From the NCBI GenBank assembly GCA_041663145.1, contig JBAZRG010000001.1, positions 74,467 to 138,466 on the forward strand: a DNA stretch of 64,000 nt, written 5' to 3'. Both the position numbers and the translations under genes were made by a program. The notes under the pieces are model-generated. The model was given only the letters and a program-made list of their open reading frames with translations. It made no database searches and was not told the origin of the DNA. The first letter of the stretch is position 1. Each line of letters starts with the position of its first letter. Positions 37,466 to 47,583 of this stretch are shown piece by piece. Source of the stretch: Minisyncoccota bacterium (GTDB lineage: Bacteria; Patescibacteriota; Minisyncoccia; Phycocordibacterales; PALSA-1337).

Positions 37466-38593
37466 ATGAAAAAATTAACAAAGAGCGAATTTGTAGGAGA
37501 TTTATCAAAATTGGTGTCGATTGAGACACTTACTTCTGATATCGAGCAAAATACAAAAGCCTTAGATTATATAGAATCTAAGATCGACAAAAGGACGAAC
37601 ATCAAGCGTATTAAAAATGGTAAGGCAGAATGTCTCATTGCTTGCAATATAGATACACGTACGCCAGATATTTGCTATTTAGCACACATTGATGTGGTTG
37701 CTGGGAGGTCAGATCAATTCAATATGATAGTGAAAGGAAGCATTGCATATGGTCGTGGCGTAAGTGACATGAAATTCTCGATTCCAATAGGTTATACACT
37801 TCTCAATAATCTGATCGATAGTAAGTCAAAACTATCATTCGCTTTTGTTGTTACCACAGACGAAGAAACTGGTGGCTATGATGGTTGTGCGTACTTGGTC
37901 AATGAATACGGGTTCAAACCAAAGGTACTTATCGTACCTGATGGCGGCGACAATCTCATATTTGTTAATAAGTCGAAAGGAGTTTGTGCTCTGAGAATAG
38001 ATTCGATTGGAAAGCCGGTACACTCTTCCAGAATATGGGATGGTAAAAATGCTTTAGAACCGCTGATTAAACTCTGTGGAGAAATACTTAGAAGATACGA
38101 GAAAAATAATAAAAAGGAATCGTGGAAGACGATGATAAATATCGGAAAATTACAAGGGGGTACATTTGTCAACCAAGTTTGTCCTGAGGCTTATGTAACT
38201 CTCGACTTTAGATTTCCTGAGACAACGACTTCAGATGCGATTATTGATGAAGTCTCTGCTATTGCCAAGAAAATTGATTCTTCACTAAAAATATCAAAAA
38301 GTTCAGTCGGTAAGCCGACATTCGTCGATATGAAGAATCTAATAGTAAAACTCTTTATTGAGAGTCTTGAGAAAACTTTTGATCAAAAGATCAAAATCAA
38401 AGGGACATATGGTGCTTCTGATGCCAGACACTTTGCTGATCTAAATATTCCAATACTGATGATAAAACCAATTGGCGGTGAAATACATGGTGAAAATGAG
38501 AATATTGATATTGATTCATGCCTTTTATTCTATTCTGCTCTAAATAATTTTCTAATCGAATTTGAAGAGAAAAAATTACAATTGCATCGGTAA
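37466..38593 (+). CDS. M20 family metallopeptidase (DapE/ArgE/PepV-like)
   Basis: 'AHIDVV', 'GRGVSDMK', 'DEETGG', 'GASDAR', 'HGENE'. Confidence 0.92.
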   Translation: MKKLTKSEFVGDLSKLVSIETLTSDIEQNTKALDYIESKIDKRTNIKRIKNGKAECLIACNIDTRTPDICYLAHIDVVAGRSDQFNMIVKGSIAYGRGVSDMKFSIPIGYTLLNNLIDSKSKLSFAFVVTTDEETGGYDGCAYLVNEYGFKPKVLIVPDGGDNLIFVNKSKGVCALRIDSIGKPVHSSRIWDGKNALEPLIKLCGEILRRYEKNNKKESWKTMINIGKLQGGTFVNQVCPEAYVTLDFRFPETTTSDAIIDEVSAIAKKIDSSLKISKSSVGKPTFVDMKNLIVKLFIESLEKTFDQKIKIKGTYGASDARHFADLNIPILMIKPIGGEIHGENENIDIDSCLLFYSALNNFLIEFEEKKLQLHR

Positions 38594-38601
38594 ATATTGA
38601 T

Positions 38602-38865
38602 CTAAAACAACCCCGTCCGCTTGCGGCGGGGTTGTTGATTTTTTCTGATAATGAAGACAATACCACCGAGTACCAAAGCCCAAATGATAATTTTACCGAT
38701 TATACTTCCTAGATTACCCGATGAGACTGCGGATATGGAGCTTAGTAATATGAAAGCAAGACCTAAAATAAATATAGCCATGATTGGTTGAAAAGGATCA
38801 CGGTATCCTCCACGGCGACGGTGATGATAGTAGTATGGTTTTCGATAGTTGCGGTAGTAGCTCAT
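38602..38865 (-). CDS. Small two-TM membrane protein with Arg/Tyr-rich N-terminus
   Basis: 87 aa ORF, two hydrophobic helices. Confidence 0.6.
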   Translation of the reverse strand: MSYYRNYRKPYYYHHRRRGGYRDPFQPIMAIFILGLAFILLSSISAVSSGNLGSIIGKIIIWALVLGGIVFIIRKNQQPRRKRTGLF

Positions 38866-38887
38866 TGATATGGGTTCGATTATACCT

Positions 38888-39049
38888 CTAGTCCTTAAGT
38901 GAAATTACTTGAAGTCCTTTTTCCTCAATATCTTTTCGTGGCCAAAACTTGATTAGATCATTTATTTTCCATATCCCGACATAGCCAACTTGTTTTTCCA
39001 ACTCCCGTCCAGTGTAATCTTTTGTTGCAGGATTCCATTCTTTTAACAC
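38888..39049 (-). pseudogene. C-terminal fragment of a DUF3850/ASCH-like protein
   Basis: Translates VLKEWNPATKDYTGRELEKQVGYV..FWPRKDIEEKGLQVISLKD; N-terminal half absent. Confidence 0.55.
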
Positions 39050-39158
39050 TATTGAATTTATGTTAAATGGGAGCTAAACATTTTCAATATTATGCAAATG
39101 AAAAACCCGCTGCGACGAGTCCTTCAGTGAAGACTGTTGCGAGCGGGTGAACACCTGT

Positions 39159-39854
39159 CTAGATGACAATTTCTCCCGGATTGAATACGTGGAACCCGGA
39201 TTCAGCGGTTCTTCCGCCATCGTTGGAATTCCGATAGCTTCCTTGTCCCACAATAGTACCGGATTTTTGTGCTCTTATGAGAACAGTAGGACCATAAGGT
39301 CCCTCAACCCAATCACCTGAGTTTCCGTCCTCACTTAGACGGAATGTGCTGATTTTGTTGTTTCCTATTGAGTCTGAATCATCCTTCTTCTCAATTTTAC
39401 ACCCCAATTTTCTGCCAAGTTGGAATTGGCACCAGACTGTTCGTGCTTCCTGCCATCCAGGCGGTAAGCTTTTCCTCTTATATTTCCACTCCACCACTCT
39501 CGTAGTAAGAGATGTGTTATTGGCGAAGCGGAATACCCAATCGTCGGTGTTAAATGCAGAGTGTCCTACAAATACACCACTACCGGCCACTGGTCGTATC
39601 TCCGGCTTTTTCTCGCTAACTTCTGTTGCCTCTGGTACGAGTTGCAGATGCGCGAGCCCATCTCCATTTTTGGTGAAGATGTGGAAAGTTTCAGGCAATC
39701 GATAAAAGTCGTTAGCGATCATCTCTTTTGCCTCGCTACTGCATTGCACAAACCGTGTTGCCTCTTCAAATTTGGCGCGAAAGTTTGTGTCATCAGCGCG
39801 GAATTCGGTCCTTTGAAGACCATTTTCTAATACATAACACACCCTGAATTTCAT
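39159..39854 (-). CDS. Hypothetical protein
   Basis: AAGGA RBS before MKFRVC; terminator near 39100-39149. Confidence 0.65.
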   Translation of the reverse strand: MKFRVCYVLENGLQRTEFRADDTNFRAKFEEATRFVQCSSEAKEMIANDFYRLPETFHIFTKNGDGLAHLQLVPEATEVSEKKPEIRPVAGSGVFVGHSAFNTDDWVFRFANNTSLTTRVVEWKYKRKSLPPGWQEARTVWCQFQLGRKLGCKIEKKDDSDSIGNNKISTFRLSEDGNSGDWVEGPYGPTVLIRAQKSGTIVGQGSYRNSNDGGRTAESGFHVFNPGEIVI

Positions 39855-40162
39855 TTGTTTCCTTTTTTTAATGAGCATTTGCGGTTGCTCGTCTTACCGT
39901 CCAGTCATCATAGTCGAAGTCTCTGGAAGACTTTGGGTGCACGCATCTCTTCATGAGCGCATGCACTAACGAGTCGAAACGAACAGTTTCAACCCAACGT
40001 CCCAATTAGGGAAATGTTTACTATACTCTTAGAGTGTAGCTTTACAGGAACTATTAAAAGTGCCCATAAAGCTACACAAGAAAAGTTGTGTGTATACTTG
40101 TTATAATATGTCAAAAAACTATATGCTAACATCATAGCATATTCGATATATAATGTCAAGTG

Positions 40163-40235
40163 CTCCGCGGGTAGGATTCGAACCTACGACCAATCCCTTA
40201 ACAGGGGACCGCTCTACCAACTGAGCTACCGCGGA
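40163..40235 (-). tRNA. tRNA-Asn(GTT)
   Basis: Minus strand TCCGCGGTAGCTCAGTTGGTAGAGC; anticodon loop CTGTTAA; GTTCGAATC. Confidence 0.95.
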
Positions 40236-40273
40236 ATGTTGTATCTATATGGTTTTAAATATTTCGTGATGTG

Positions 40274-40341
40274 TCTACTTGTCCTTCGTAGCTCCGAGTT
40301 TTACGAGGAGCGAAGGAGGACCAAGACAGCTACCGCGGAAT
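40274..40341 (-). repeat. Duplicated tRNA-Asn 5' end plus hairpin element
   Basis: AGCTACCGCGGAAT at 40224-40237 and 40328-40341; hairpin 40281-40321 (minus strand GTCCTCCTTCGCTC..GAGCTACGAAGGAC). Confidence 0.8.
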
Positions 40342-40478
40342 ATGTTTTACACTGGAACGATCTTCACTATCAAATGTCAAGCTATGTTTCTCGCGCTCGA
40401 CATGAGAGAATGTACCATATAGTCATGACGAAATCAAAATCATCGAACTGGATTAGTGTCATAATAGAAGACTAGGAT

Positions 40479-40691
40479 ATGTTGATCAAAGTAAAAGTAA
40501 TAACAGAGGCCAAGAGGGAATCTATAAAGGAGGTGACTCACGATAGTTTCCGAGTATCTTTGACTGAAGCGGCGGAGCAAGGTCGGGCCAATGGACGTTT
40601 ATTGGAAATAATGAGAAAATTGTACGCAAAGAGATCAATTAAAATAATAAAAGGTCATCATTCGAGGAGTAAGATTTTGGAAATTGTATAG
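40479..40691 (+). CDS. DUF167 (YggU/UPF0235) protein
   Basis: 'IKVKV..AKRE.I', 'AEQGRAN', 'IIKGHHSRSKILEI'. Confidence 0.8.
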   Translation: MLIKVKVITEAKRESIKEVTHDSFRVSLTEAAEQGRANGRLLEIMRKLYAKRSIKIIKGHHSRSKILEIV

Positions 40692-40767
40692 AAAGCAGTA
40701 TAGTAGATATAGGAGTAGTTCCTTTGTTCATTAATAGCAAGTCGCCGCGTAATACATAAAAACAAAC

Positions 40768-41151
40768 ATGAACATAAACATCAAGACTACATCGATCACT
40801 CTCACTCCGGCAATTTCAGAATACGTTGCAAAGCGCCTAGATAAGATCGGTAAATTGCTGGGTAACGATCCTTCGATTCAGTGCGATGTTGAATTGGCTA
40901 GGACAACTGAACATCATCAGAAAGGTAATATATTTCGCGCCGAGATTCACATAGTAGGTTCAGCCAAAAATGCTTATGCCAGTTCAGAGGAGACCGATCT
41001 ATATTCCGCTATTGATACCGTCCGTGATGAAATCCTGCAGGAGATTCGAGTCGGTAAAGGTAAAAAAATATCTCTGATTCGACGCAGTGGAGCCAGATTG
41101 AAAAATATGGTAAAGGGTCTTTGGTCTTGGAGACGATCAAAGTCATTGTAA
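40768..41151 (+). CDS. hpf: Ribosome hibernation factor HPF/RaiA
   Basis: 'ITLTPAISEYVAKRLDKI', 'FRAEI', 'DLYSAID'. Confidence 0.9.
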   Translation: MNINIKTTSITLTPAISEYVAKRLDKIGKLLGNDPSIQCDVELARTTEHHQKGNIFRAEIHIVGSAKNAYASSEETDLYSAIDTVRDEILQEIRVGKGKKISLIRRSGARLKNMVKGLWSWRRSKSL

Positions 41152-41201
41152 AAAGTTCGCGTGATGGACTAAAGAGTCTTATCGCATTATAATATTCTTA
41201 T

Positions 41202-41378
41202 ATGAATAAAACTTTTTTTAGTGCGAGTGAGATGAAACAACCAGTCAATCAGTGGATATGCATAGCTTTTATGTTGGTATTTTGTTTTTGGACAGTACTA
41301 TTTTATTCCGTAGAAAAAGCCAAAGATATTGGCAATGAATTTATTGCTCAAGGAGCATCGATCGATCTTGCGAATTAA
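41202..41378 (+). CDS. Small single-TM protein (58 aa, not in ORF track)
   Basis: MNKTFFSASEMKQPVNQWICIAFMLVFCFWTVLFYSVEKAK...; TATAAT just upstream. Confidence 0.45.
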   Translation: MNKTFFSASEMKQPVNQWICIAFMLVFCFWTVLFYSVEKAKDIGNEFIAQGASIDLAN

Positions 41379-41392
41379 CAAGTAAAGATATA

Positions 41393-42247
41393 TCAGGAAG
41401 GCAATGTGATCCCATAGCCATTCTGAAAGTCGGCAAAAGACATTATTTTTGCGCCCTCAGGCAATACTTTTTCTATAATAAGTTTATCGTTTTTATATGA
41501 AGCCTCGATGATCTTGACCCGAATACTTCGGCCATCTCTTTTGTAGATGAAATATGCCTGTGGCCATGAATGATATGCTTGAATTTTTCGAAAATTGGTA
41601 TATGGATTTGCAGAAAGATCTATGAGACCGTCTTCTTTGGTGACCTTTTTGGTGTAAGTGGCATATTCATGTTTTTGTGGAAGAGCGGTAACACTGCCGT
41701 CCATCCATTTTGGTAATATTTCTACCAATAGACGAGCTCCTTCTCGAGCCATCATTTCTTCGAATTTCTCATAGGTCGGCCATTCGGTAACGATTACATT
41801 TTTTTGGGCAACGATCGGACCATGGTCCATTTCCGAATCGAGTACCATGATAGACACTCCCGTTTCTTTCACATCATCAATCATCATGGTTGGCAGTGGT
41901 GAAGGACCTCGATATTCTGGAAGAAGGGAGGGGTGAATATTCAGTGTCTGTTTTTTGGGTATATCAAGCAAAGATTTTGGCAAGATGCGTCCATAGGATG
42001 CAACAATGAATACATCTACATTCAAGTTTGCAAGTTCCGGACCTAGCTCCTTTGGTGAAGAATCAAAAACTTTTATATTTCTTTCCACCCCCCATTGTTT
42101 CGTGACATTAGGTGTTAGTATTTGTTTTCTTCCAACTGGCTTATCCTTAGTCGTCACGATACATTTAGGTAACATATGTGCTTTCTCCAATTCGTCCAAG
42201 ACGATGATTGAAAATCTCGATGAACCGAAGAAGGCAAAATTAATCAT
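41393..42247 (-). CDS. fmt: Methionyl-tRNA formyltransferase
   Basis: 'VASYGRIL', 'LNIHPSLLPEYRGPSP', 'MDHGPI'. Confidence 0.95.
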   Translation of the reverse strand: MINFAFFGSSRFSIIVLDELEKAHMLPKCIVTTKDKPVGRKQILTPNVTKQWGVERNIKVFDSSPKELGPELANLNVDVFIVASYGRILPKSLLDIPKKQTLNIHPSLLPEYRGPSPLPTMMIDDVKETGVSIMVLDSEMDHGPIVAQKNVIVTEWPTYEKFEEMMAREGARLLVEILPKWMDGSVTALPQKHEYATYTKKVTKEDGLIDLSANPYTNFRKIQAYHSWPQAYFIYKRDGRSIRVKIIEASYKNDKLIIEKVLPEGAKIMSFADFQNGYGITLPS

Positions 42248-42779
42248 GATTTTGTGTCTGTAACTCCTCGATTTCTTCGGGAGTCATTTCCCAGACTTCC
42301 TTGGCATTGTCTATGAATAATACGCCTTTCAAATGATCTATCTCATGTTGAAAAACTTGAGCCAAAATACCGCTTGCTCCACGCTCGATCTTTTTTCCAG
42401 TTTCATCATAAGCGCTTATGATGACTCTTTTTGCTCGACGAACCTTGCCATAGAACCAACGCACGGATAGGCATCCTTCTTCGACATCATGTTTTTCTTT
42501 TGAGATTTTGAGTAAAACAGGATTGATGAAAATAAGATCCGATCCATCGCCTCGATATGAAGGGTCGGCTTGCTTCAAGACTGTTCCGGAAACTACAAAA
42601 ATTTGCAGGTCAACACCGATCTGAGGAGCTGCGATAGCGATGCCGTCTTTTTGTTTACCCATCGCGGTACGCATCTTGGCGATTACAGAATTGATAGCTG
42701 GACTGCCAATATCTGAAATGGGTACAGGTCTCGCTGTCTGTCTCAATATGGGATGATCTTTGTCGACGATTTCGTTCAT
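42240..42779 (-). CDS. def: Peptide deformylase
   Basis: 'GIAIAAPQIG', 'EGCLSV', 'QHEIDHLKG'. Confidence 0.97.
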   Translation of the reverse strand: MNEIVDKDHPILRQTARPVPISDIGSPAINSVIAKMRTAMGKQKDGIAIAAPQIGVDLQIFVVSGTVLKQADPSYRGDGSDLIFINPVLLKISKEKHDVEEGCLSVRWFYGKVRRAKRVIISAYDETGKKIERGASGILAQVFQHEIDHLKGVLFIDNAKEVWEMTPEEIEELQTQNHD

Positions 42780-42818
42780 TTATATACTATAACAGTGTTA
42801 TGATGATTAGTAAAATTA

Positions 42819-43069
42819 CATCTGCAACCTCTCACACATCATTACATATGTATAGACCCCAACATAATGTTCCCGCCACAATCCTGCGTAATCGCTTCTC
42901 AAATTACAACCGTGTTTGGTTCCAAGGCTTCACCAAACACGGGTAATTTTTCGAAGCTCAATCGCATACTCGGATTGTTTCGGGAACATTATGTTGGGGG
43001 TCATGACATAAGCATAAGTTCGCAAAATGTTCTCGGAAGACAAAAATGATGTGTGAGGGGTTGCAGATG
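42819..43069. repeat. Nested palindromic element: ~150 bp hairpin (42855-43002) inside a second inverted repeat
   Basis: Inner arms GACCCCAACATAATGTTCCCG / CGGGAACATTATGTTGGGGGTC; outer arms 42819-42843 / 43045-43069; inner unit nearly identical to 55355-55538. Confidence 0.9.
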
Positions 43070-43089
43070 GGTTACAACTCAAATTACGA

Positions 43090-45015
43090 CTAGAGTAAAC
43101 TTTCTGGATTTATCTTGACACTGACATCTGGTGGCATTTGGCGGATCTTATCGATCAGTACTGGATCAGGCCATGAATGAGATTCTATAGATAAGAGTCC
43201 GTGGATCACAGATTTACCTCTGACTGTTGAAGTAAAAGCTGGAAAGATATTTAGATCGGCCGGGTCTAAGATTTTTTGGATCACAGCCATCTGTTTTGAG
43301 ATCTTTTCTTTTTCACCTTCTATCGTGATTTTGACCAAGACAGTATATGGCGGATATTGAAATTGCTTTCGTTCGGCGAGAGCTGATCGATAAAAATCGG
43401 ACAGATTGCCTTTTAGACCGTATTCAAATACTTTTTCGGATATATGACGCGTTTGGACCATGATCGTACGCGAAGCCATGCCACGAAGACGTACTAGTGT
43501 ATGCATGATTTTTTCTTGGATTCGAAAATCCGGTAGAGCAAAAAGGGAATCCAATGAAGCTATTGCTACATGATCGATCCGATCTAACAAATACAATGCC
43601 GCCATATCAGTTCCGAGTAATATACTACCGGGGTGGCTCTTAAATTTATCTAATGTATCATTTACTTTTTTATCGGTTTCAGTCAGGTCCTTGTCGATCT
43701 GGAATAAATCTATGTCTGGAAATTTAGTTTTGATTTCCAGAGCAACCTTGTCTATACCGATACCTAGTGGAGTCAATCTCCAACTTCCACATGATATGCA
43801 ATTTTCTTCGGCATCACATCTCTCACCACATTTGTGACACATAAAGAAATTTCTACCACTTTCTGTTGAAGTATGGAGTACGACTGGCGCAGAACAGTTT
43901 TTGCACATTACGATAGTCTCACAATCATCACATACGGTGAGAGGCGAATGTCCACGACGCAAAGTCAAGATGAATAAATGAGTGTTTTGTTCTTGATTGG
44001 CGCGAATCAACTCCTCAAGTTCTTTTGAAAGTATCCGAAAACCGTCGGCTTTAGCTGTTTTTATCTTCATATCAACCAATTTATCCTGTGCGGTCGATAT
44101 TGATCTCCATTTGAAAGGTGATCCTTCTTCGATATTTTCAGTCTCCAATCTATGCAAAGTCTCGATTGAAAGCAGACTGTCAGCTAGATATATACTCTGT
44201 TTTGATTGTAAACCGATAGTTTCCAAAGCGTGTCTTATATCCAAATAAGGCGCTTTCAAAGTTCGCCAATTTCTAGAATTTTCTCTTTCAATAATGATTG
44301 TGTCGATATCGTCTCGTGGCAAGATGGGGAATGATCCGGTTGCGATGACGACGATGGGGTGCAGAGTCTCAGAGATTTTAGTCCATGTTTCGACAATCTG
44401 TTTTTTTGTTAGATCACCATTCAACTTGAATATATAACCCTCTATTCCTTTTTCCAGTACTTTATAAAAATATTCAGAGTCGGCTATGGTTGGAGTGTAT
44501 ATGACTATAGATCGCTTACGGGCAAATTCCTGACGGATGAGACTGCGCCATGAACTGATCCTGTCGAGATCATTTGCCTGTATCGCAAAAATATTATTCT
44601 TGGCCATGATCGGATCGGAATTTTTCGGCTTTGCAGTTTCAAATGAGTTTTGCCTAGGCAAAGGAGGTCTGATCTTGTCTGATTGATCTAAGATAGTTCT
44701 AGCAACCATAGTGTCGATGATGGCACCGATCGTTGTGGCATAGTGTATAGACAATTTATTTGAGGCTGCTATAAATGCTGGAGGGAAGAACATCACAGCT
44801 TTGATCTTGCCTAGTTTGCGGATAATGAATCCAGCTTTTTTGATATCCATCTTTTGATCGACAGCATCTTCGCTTTTCGTAACTACGGCGTGAATGCTCT
44901 TTGATCGAAGTGGAACGGTTACGATAGCGCCTATTGGGACATCGGTAGAAGTGAAATATGACAGTTCTCCGGATATCTTCGAATTTGAAAGCGGTATGAC
45001 CGTAATGATGTTCAT
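43090..45015 (-). CDS. priA: Primosomal protein N' (degenerate helicase motifs)
   Basis: N-terminal 3'-binding-domain-like region, 'RRGHSP..CDDC..CKNC..CHKC..CISC' Zn motifs, 'ERKQFQYPPY'. Confidence 0.9.
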   Translation of the reverse strand: MNIITVIPLSNSKISGELSYFTSTDVPIGAIVTVPLRSKSIHAVVTKSEDAVDQKMDIKKAGFIIRKLGKIKAVMFFPPAFIAASNKLSIHYATTIGAIIDTMVARTILDQSDKIRPPLPRQNSFETAKPKNSDPIMAKNNIFAIQANDLDRISSWRSLIRQEFARKRSIVIYTPTIADSEYFYKVLEKGIEGYIFKLNGDLTKKQIVETWTKISETLHPIVVIATGSFPILPRDDIDTIIIERENSRNWRTLKAPYLDIRHALETIGLQSKQSIYLADSLLSIETLHRLETENIEEGSPFKWRSISTAQDKLVDMKIKTAKADGFRILSKELEELIRANQEQNTHLFILTLRRGHSPLTVCDDCETIVMCKNCSAPVVLHTSTESGRNFFMCHKCGERCDAEENCISCGSWRLTPLGIGIDKVALEIKTKFPDIDLFQIDKDLTETDKKVNDTLDKFKSHPGSILLGTDMAALYLLDRIDHVAIASLDSLFALPDFRIQEKIMHTLVRLRGMASRTIMVQTRHISEKVFEYGLKGNLSDFYRSALAERKQFQYPPYTVLVKITIEGEKEKISKQMAVIQKILDPADLNIFPAFTSTVRGKSVIHGLLSIESHSWPDPVLIDKIRQMPPDVSVKINPESLL

Positions 45016-45093
45016 GGTCTATTTATACCTCATTTATTTGTTAATTCCCACAGGAGCGTTTACAATGAGACAACAAACTATAATATCAAAAAC

Positions 45094-46401
45094 ATGAAAA
45101 ATAAAAGTGCAATATTAGAAATTGAAGGTATTGGTCAGGAAAAATCATTAAAAGGATCGATAAAAATCAACGGAGCCAAGAATGCGGCCTTGAAAGCCAT
45201 GGCCGCGGCTATCCTTTTCGATGGACCGGTAACTCTCAATAATATACCTGATAATGAAGACGTAAAGACTATGTCAGATATTCTGTCGAAGCTGGGGGCA
45301 AAGGTGATTAACGACGGTAAGCATTGTCTCAAGATCGACACGTCAAAGATACATTCGACAGCTATAGATCCGAAATTGGCAAGTAGTATGCGTGCCTCGA
45401 TAGTGTTGTCAGGTCCGATGCTCGGTCGTTTTGGTAAATTGACATTTCCAGCTCCAGGTGGCTGTGTGATCGGTTCGAGACCGATAGATCTATTCATCGA
45501 TGGATATGAAAAGCTCGGCGCTTCGACTACAGAAACCGAATGTATATATGAGATGAATGCTCCAAAGGGTCTAACTGGATCGGAAATCACTTTCAAGAAA
45601 ATATCGGTCGGAGCTACCGAAACGCTCATGATGGCGGCAGTTATGGCAAAGGGTACAACGACTTTGAATAATTGCGCCAAGGAGCCGGAAATCGTAAATG
45701 TAGCGGACTGGCTCAATGCTTGTGGTGCCAAAATAATGGGTCAGGGAACATCGACGATTACTATCGAAGGAAATGCTGGCCGCTTGCTTACCCCTAAAGT
45801 GCCATATACCGCGATTCCGGATCGTATCGAAGCCGGAAGTTATCTATTATTAGGAGCGATGCTCGCAAGTGACATTCGTATCGAAAATTGTAGGCCAGAT
45901 CATCTCGGGGCAGTTATCGATCTACTTCGTAAGTCTGGAGTTGAAATTAAGACCGGAGATGGTTTCGTACATATAGTGAATAATAAACCGAATAAAAATT
46001 ATGTAAGTGTCGACATAGAGACTCGAGAATACCCGGGATTTCCGACTGATCTACAAGCACAAGCAGTCACATTTCTGACACAGGTAACAGGAACAAGTAC
46101 TGTTACTGAAACGATTTTCGAAGGAAGATTCAAATACGTGCAAGATTTGATCAGTCTCGGTGCTAGGATCGATCAAGTTTCGGCTCATGAAATAAAAGTC
46201 CACGGTCCTACACCGTTCACACTTTCACCGTTGGATCAAATATTCAAAGCACATGATATTCGTGCTGGATTCGCATTGATCATGGCTTTGATCGCCGGAA
46301 AAGGAAAGTATTCGATAAAGGATATTCATCTAGTCGATCGCGGATACGAGCATATTGAAAATCGCTTGAAAGAGCTTGGTGTAAATGTAAAGAGAGTTTG
46401 A
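45094..46401 (+). CDS. murA: UDP-GlcNAc 1-carboxyvinyltransferase
   Basis: 'GAKNAAL', 'PGGCVIGSRPID', 'YPGFPTDLQ', 'DIRAG'. Confidence 0.97.
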   Translation: MKNKSAILEIEGIGQEKSLKGSIKINGAKNAALKAMAAAILFDGPVTLNNIPDNEDVKTMSDILSKLGAKVINDGKHCLKIDTSKIHSTAIDPKLASSMRASIVLSGPMLGRFGKLTFPAPGGCVIGSRPIDLFIDGYEKLGASTTETECIYEMNAPKGLTGSEITFKKISVGATETLMMAAVMAKGTTTLNNCAKEPEIVNVADWLNACGAKIMGQGTSTITIEGNAGRLLTPKVPYTAIPDRIEAGSYLLLGAMLASDIRIENCRPDHLGAVIDLLRKSGVEIKTGDGFVHIVNNKPNKNYVSVDIETREYPGFPTDLQAQAVTFLTQVTGTSTVTETIFEGRFKYVQDLISLGARIDQVSAHEIKVHGPTPFTLSPLDQIFKAHDIRAGFALIMALIAGKGKYSIKDIHLVDRGYEHIENRLKELGVNVKRV

Positions 46402-46408
46402 CGCGTTC

Positions 46409-46506
46409 GAACCTTCCAGAAGGAACTTCCCTCCCGTGCTCCGAGGACGGGTAGCTAGCGATTAGCGCCCGCAGGAGACGGGAGGGAAGTTCCTTCTGGA
46501 AGGTTC
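46409..46506. repeat. 98 bp palindromic element
   Basis: 29 bp perfect arms GAACCTTCCAGAAGGAACTTCCCTCCCGT / ACGGGAGGGAAGTTCCTTCTGGAAGGTTC. Confidence 0.9.
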
Positions 46507-46548
46507 CTGGATCGCTATCTTTTATAAATTTTGTGTTATAGTGCAAAT

Positions 46549-47562
46549 ATGAGTTTTTTTTCGCCAAAATTGGGAATAGATCTCGGTACTGCCAATACCC
46601 TAGTATTCGTGCCGAAAAAGGGAATAGTCTTGAATGAACCGTCGGTTGTGGCTGTTTCTGAGGTTGATAAAAAGGTCATGGCTGTGGGTTTTGAAGCCAA
46701 AGAAATGATCGGCCGCACTCCGGACGGTATCGTTGCCTATAGACCGATGCGTGATGGTGTAATCGCTGACTATAAAGTGACTGAGGCAATGCTTCGATAT
46801 TTTATCGATAAAGCATTGGGTAGATTTGCACTGTTAAAACCGGAGGTGATGCTATCTGTACCAGCCAATATAAGTTCGACTGAAAGACGTGCGGTGATCG
46901 AGGCAGCACTTCGGGCAGGTGCTCGAGCGGCATTCGTTGTCAAAGAACCAGTCTTGGCGGCAATCGGTGCAGGTATTCCTATTCATGAAGCCAAAGGTCA
47001 TATGGTTGTTGATATTGGTGGTGGTACTACTGACGTAGCAGTCATATCGCTCGGAGGTATAGTTTCCTCGACATCAGTAAAATGTGCCGGTACAAAGATC
47101 GATGCCGCCATAGCCGAATATGTAAAAAGGACTTTCAATCTAGCTGTTGGAGATCATATGGCAGAGATCATCAAGATCAATATTGGATCCGCCGTGCCTC
47201 TCGATCAGGAACTTTCTATGATAGTAAAGGGTCGTGACTATATCTCCGGATTGCCTAGATCTACGGAGATAAAGACAAATGAGATAGTCAAAGCTATTTC
47301 GATCGAACTTCGAGACATGATAAAAGCGATAAAGGATGTATTGCAGGAAACCCCACCAGAATTGGCGGCTGATATTATCGATCAGGGAATCATGATGACT
47401 GGCGGCTCATCACTGCTTCGAAACCTGCCCGAGCTAGTCTTTCGCCGTACCGGAGTCAAAGCTCAATTGGCGGAAGAACCGCTTCTCTGTGTCGTGAAGG
47501 GCACCGGCATCGCTCTCGATCATTTGGATCTGTATAAGAAATCGATCATTACAAAGAGGTAA
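46549..47562 (+). CDS. mreB: Rod shape-determining protein MreB
   Basis: 'GIDLGTANT', 'VDIGGGTT', 'TPPELAADI', 'TGG'. Confidence 0.96.
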   Translation: MSFFSPKLGIDLGTANTLVFVPKKGIVLNEPSVVAVSEVDKKVMAVGFEAKEMIGRTPDGIVAYRPMRDGVIADYKVTEAMLRYFIDKALGRFALLKPEVMLSVPANISSTERRAVIEAALRAGARAAFVVKEPVLAAIGAGIPIHEAKGHMVVDIGGGTTDVAVISLGGIVSSTSVKCAGTKIDAAIAEYVKRTFNLAVGDHMAEIIKINIGSAVPLDQELSMIVKGRDYISGLPRSTEIKTNEIVKAISIELRDMIKAIKDVLQETPPELAADIIDQGIMMTGGSSLLRNLPELVFRRTGVKAQLAEEPLLCVVKGTGIALDHLDLYKKSIITKR

Positions 47563-47583
47563 TGACTTATGTATAATTGTGGA

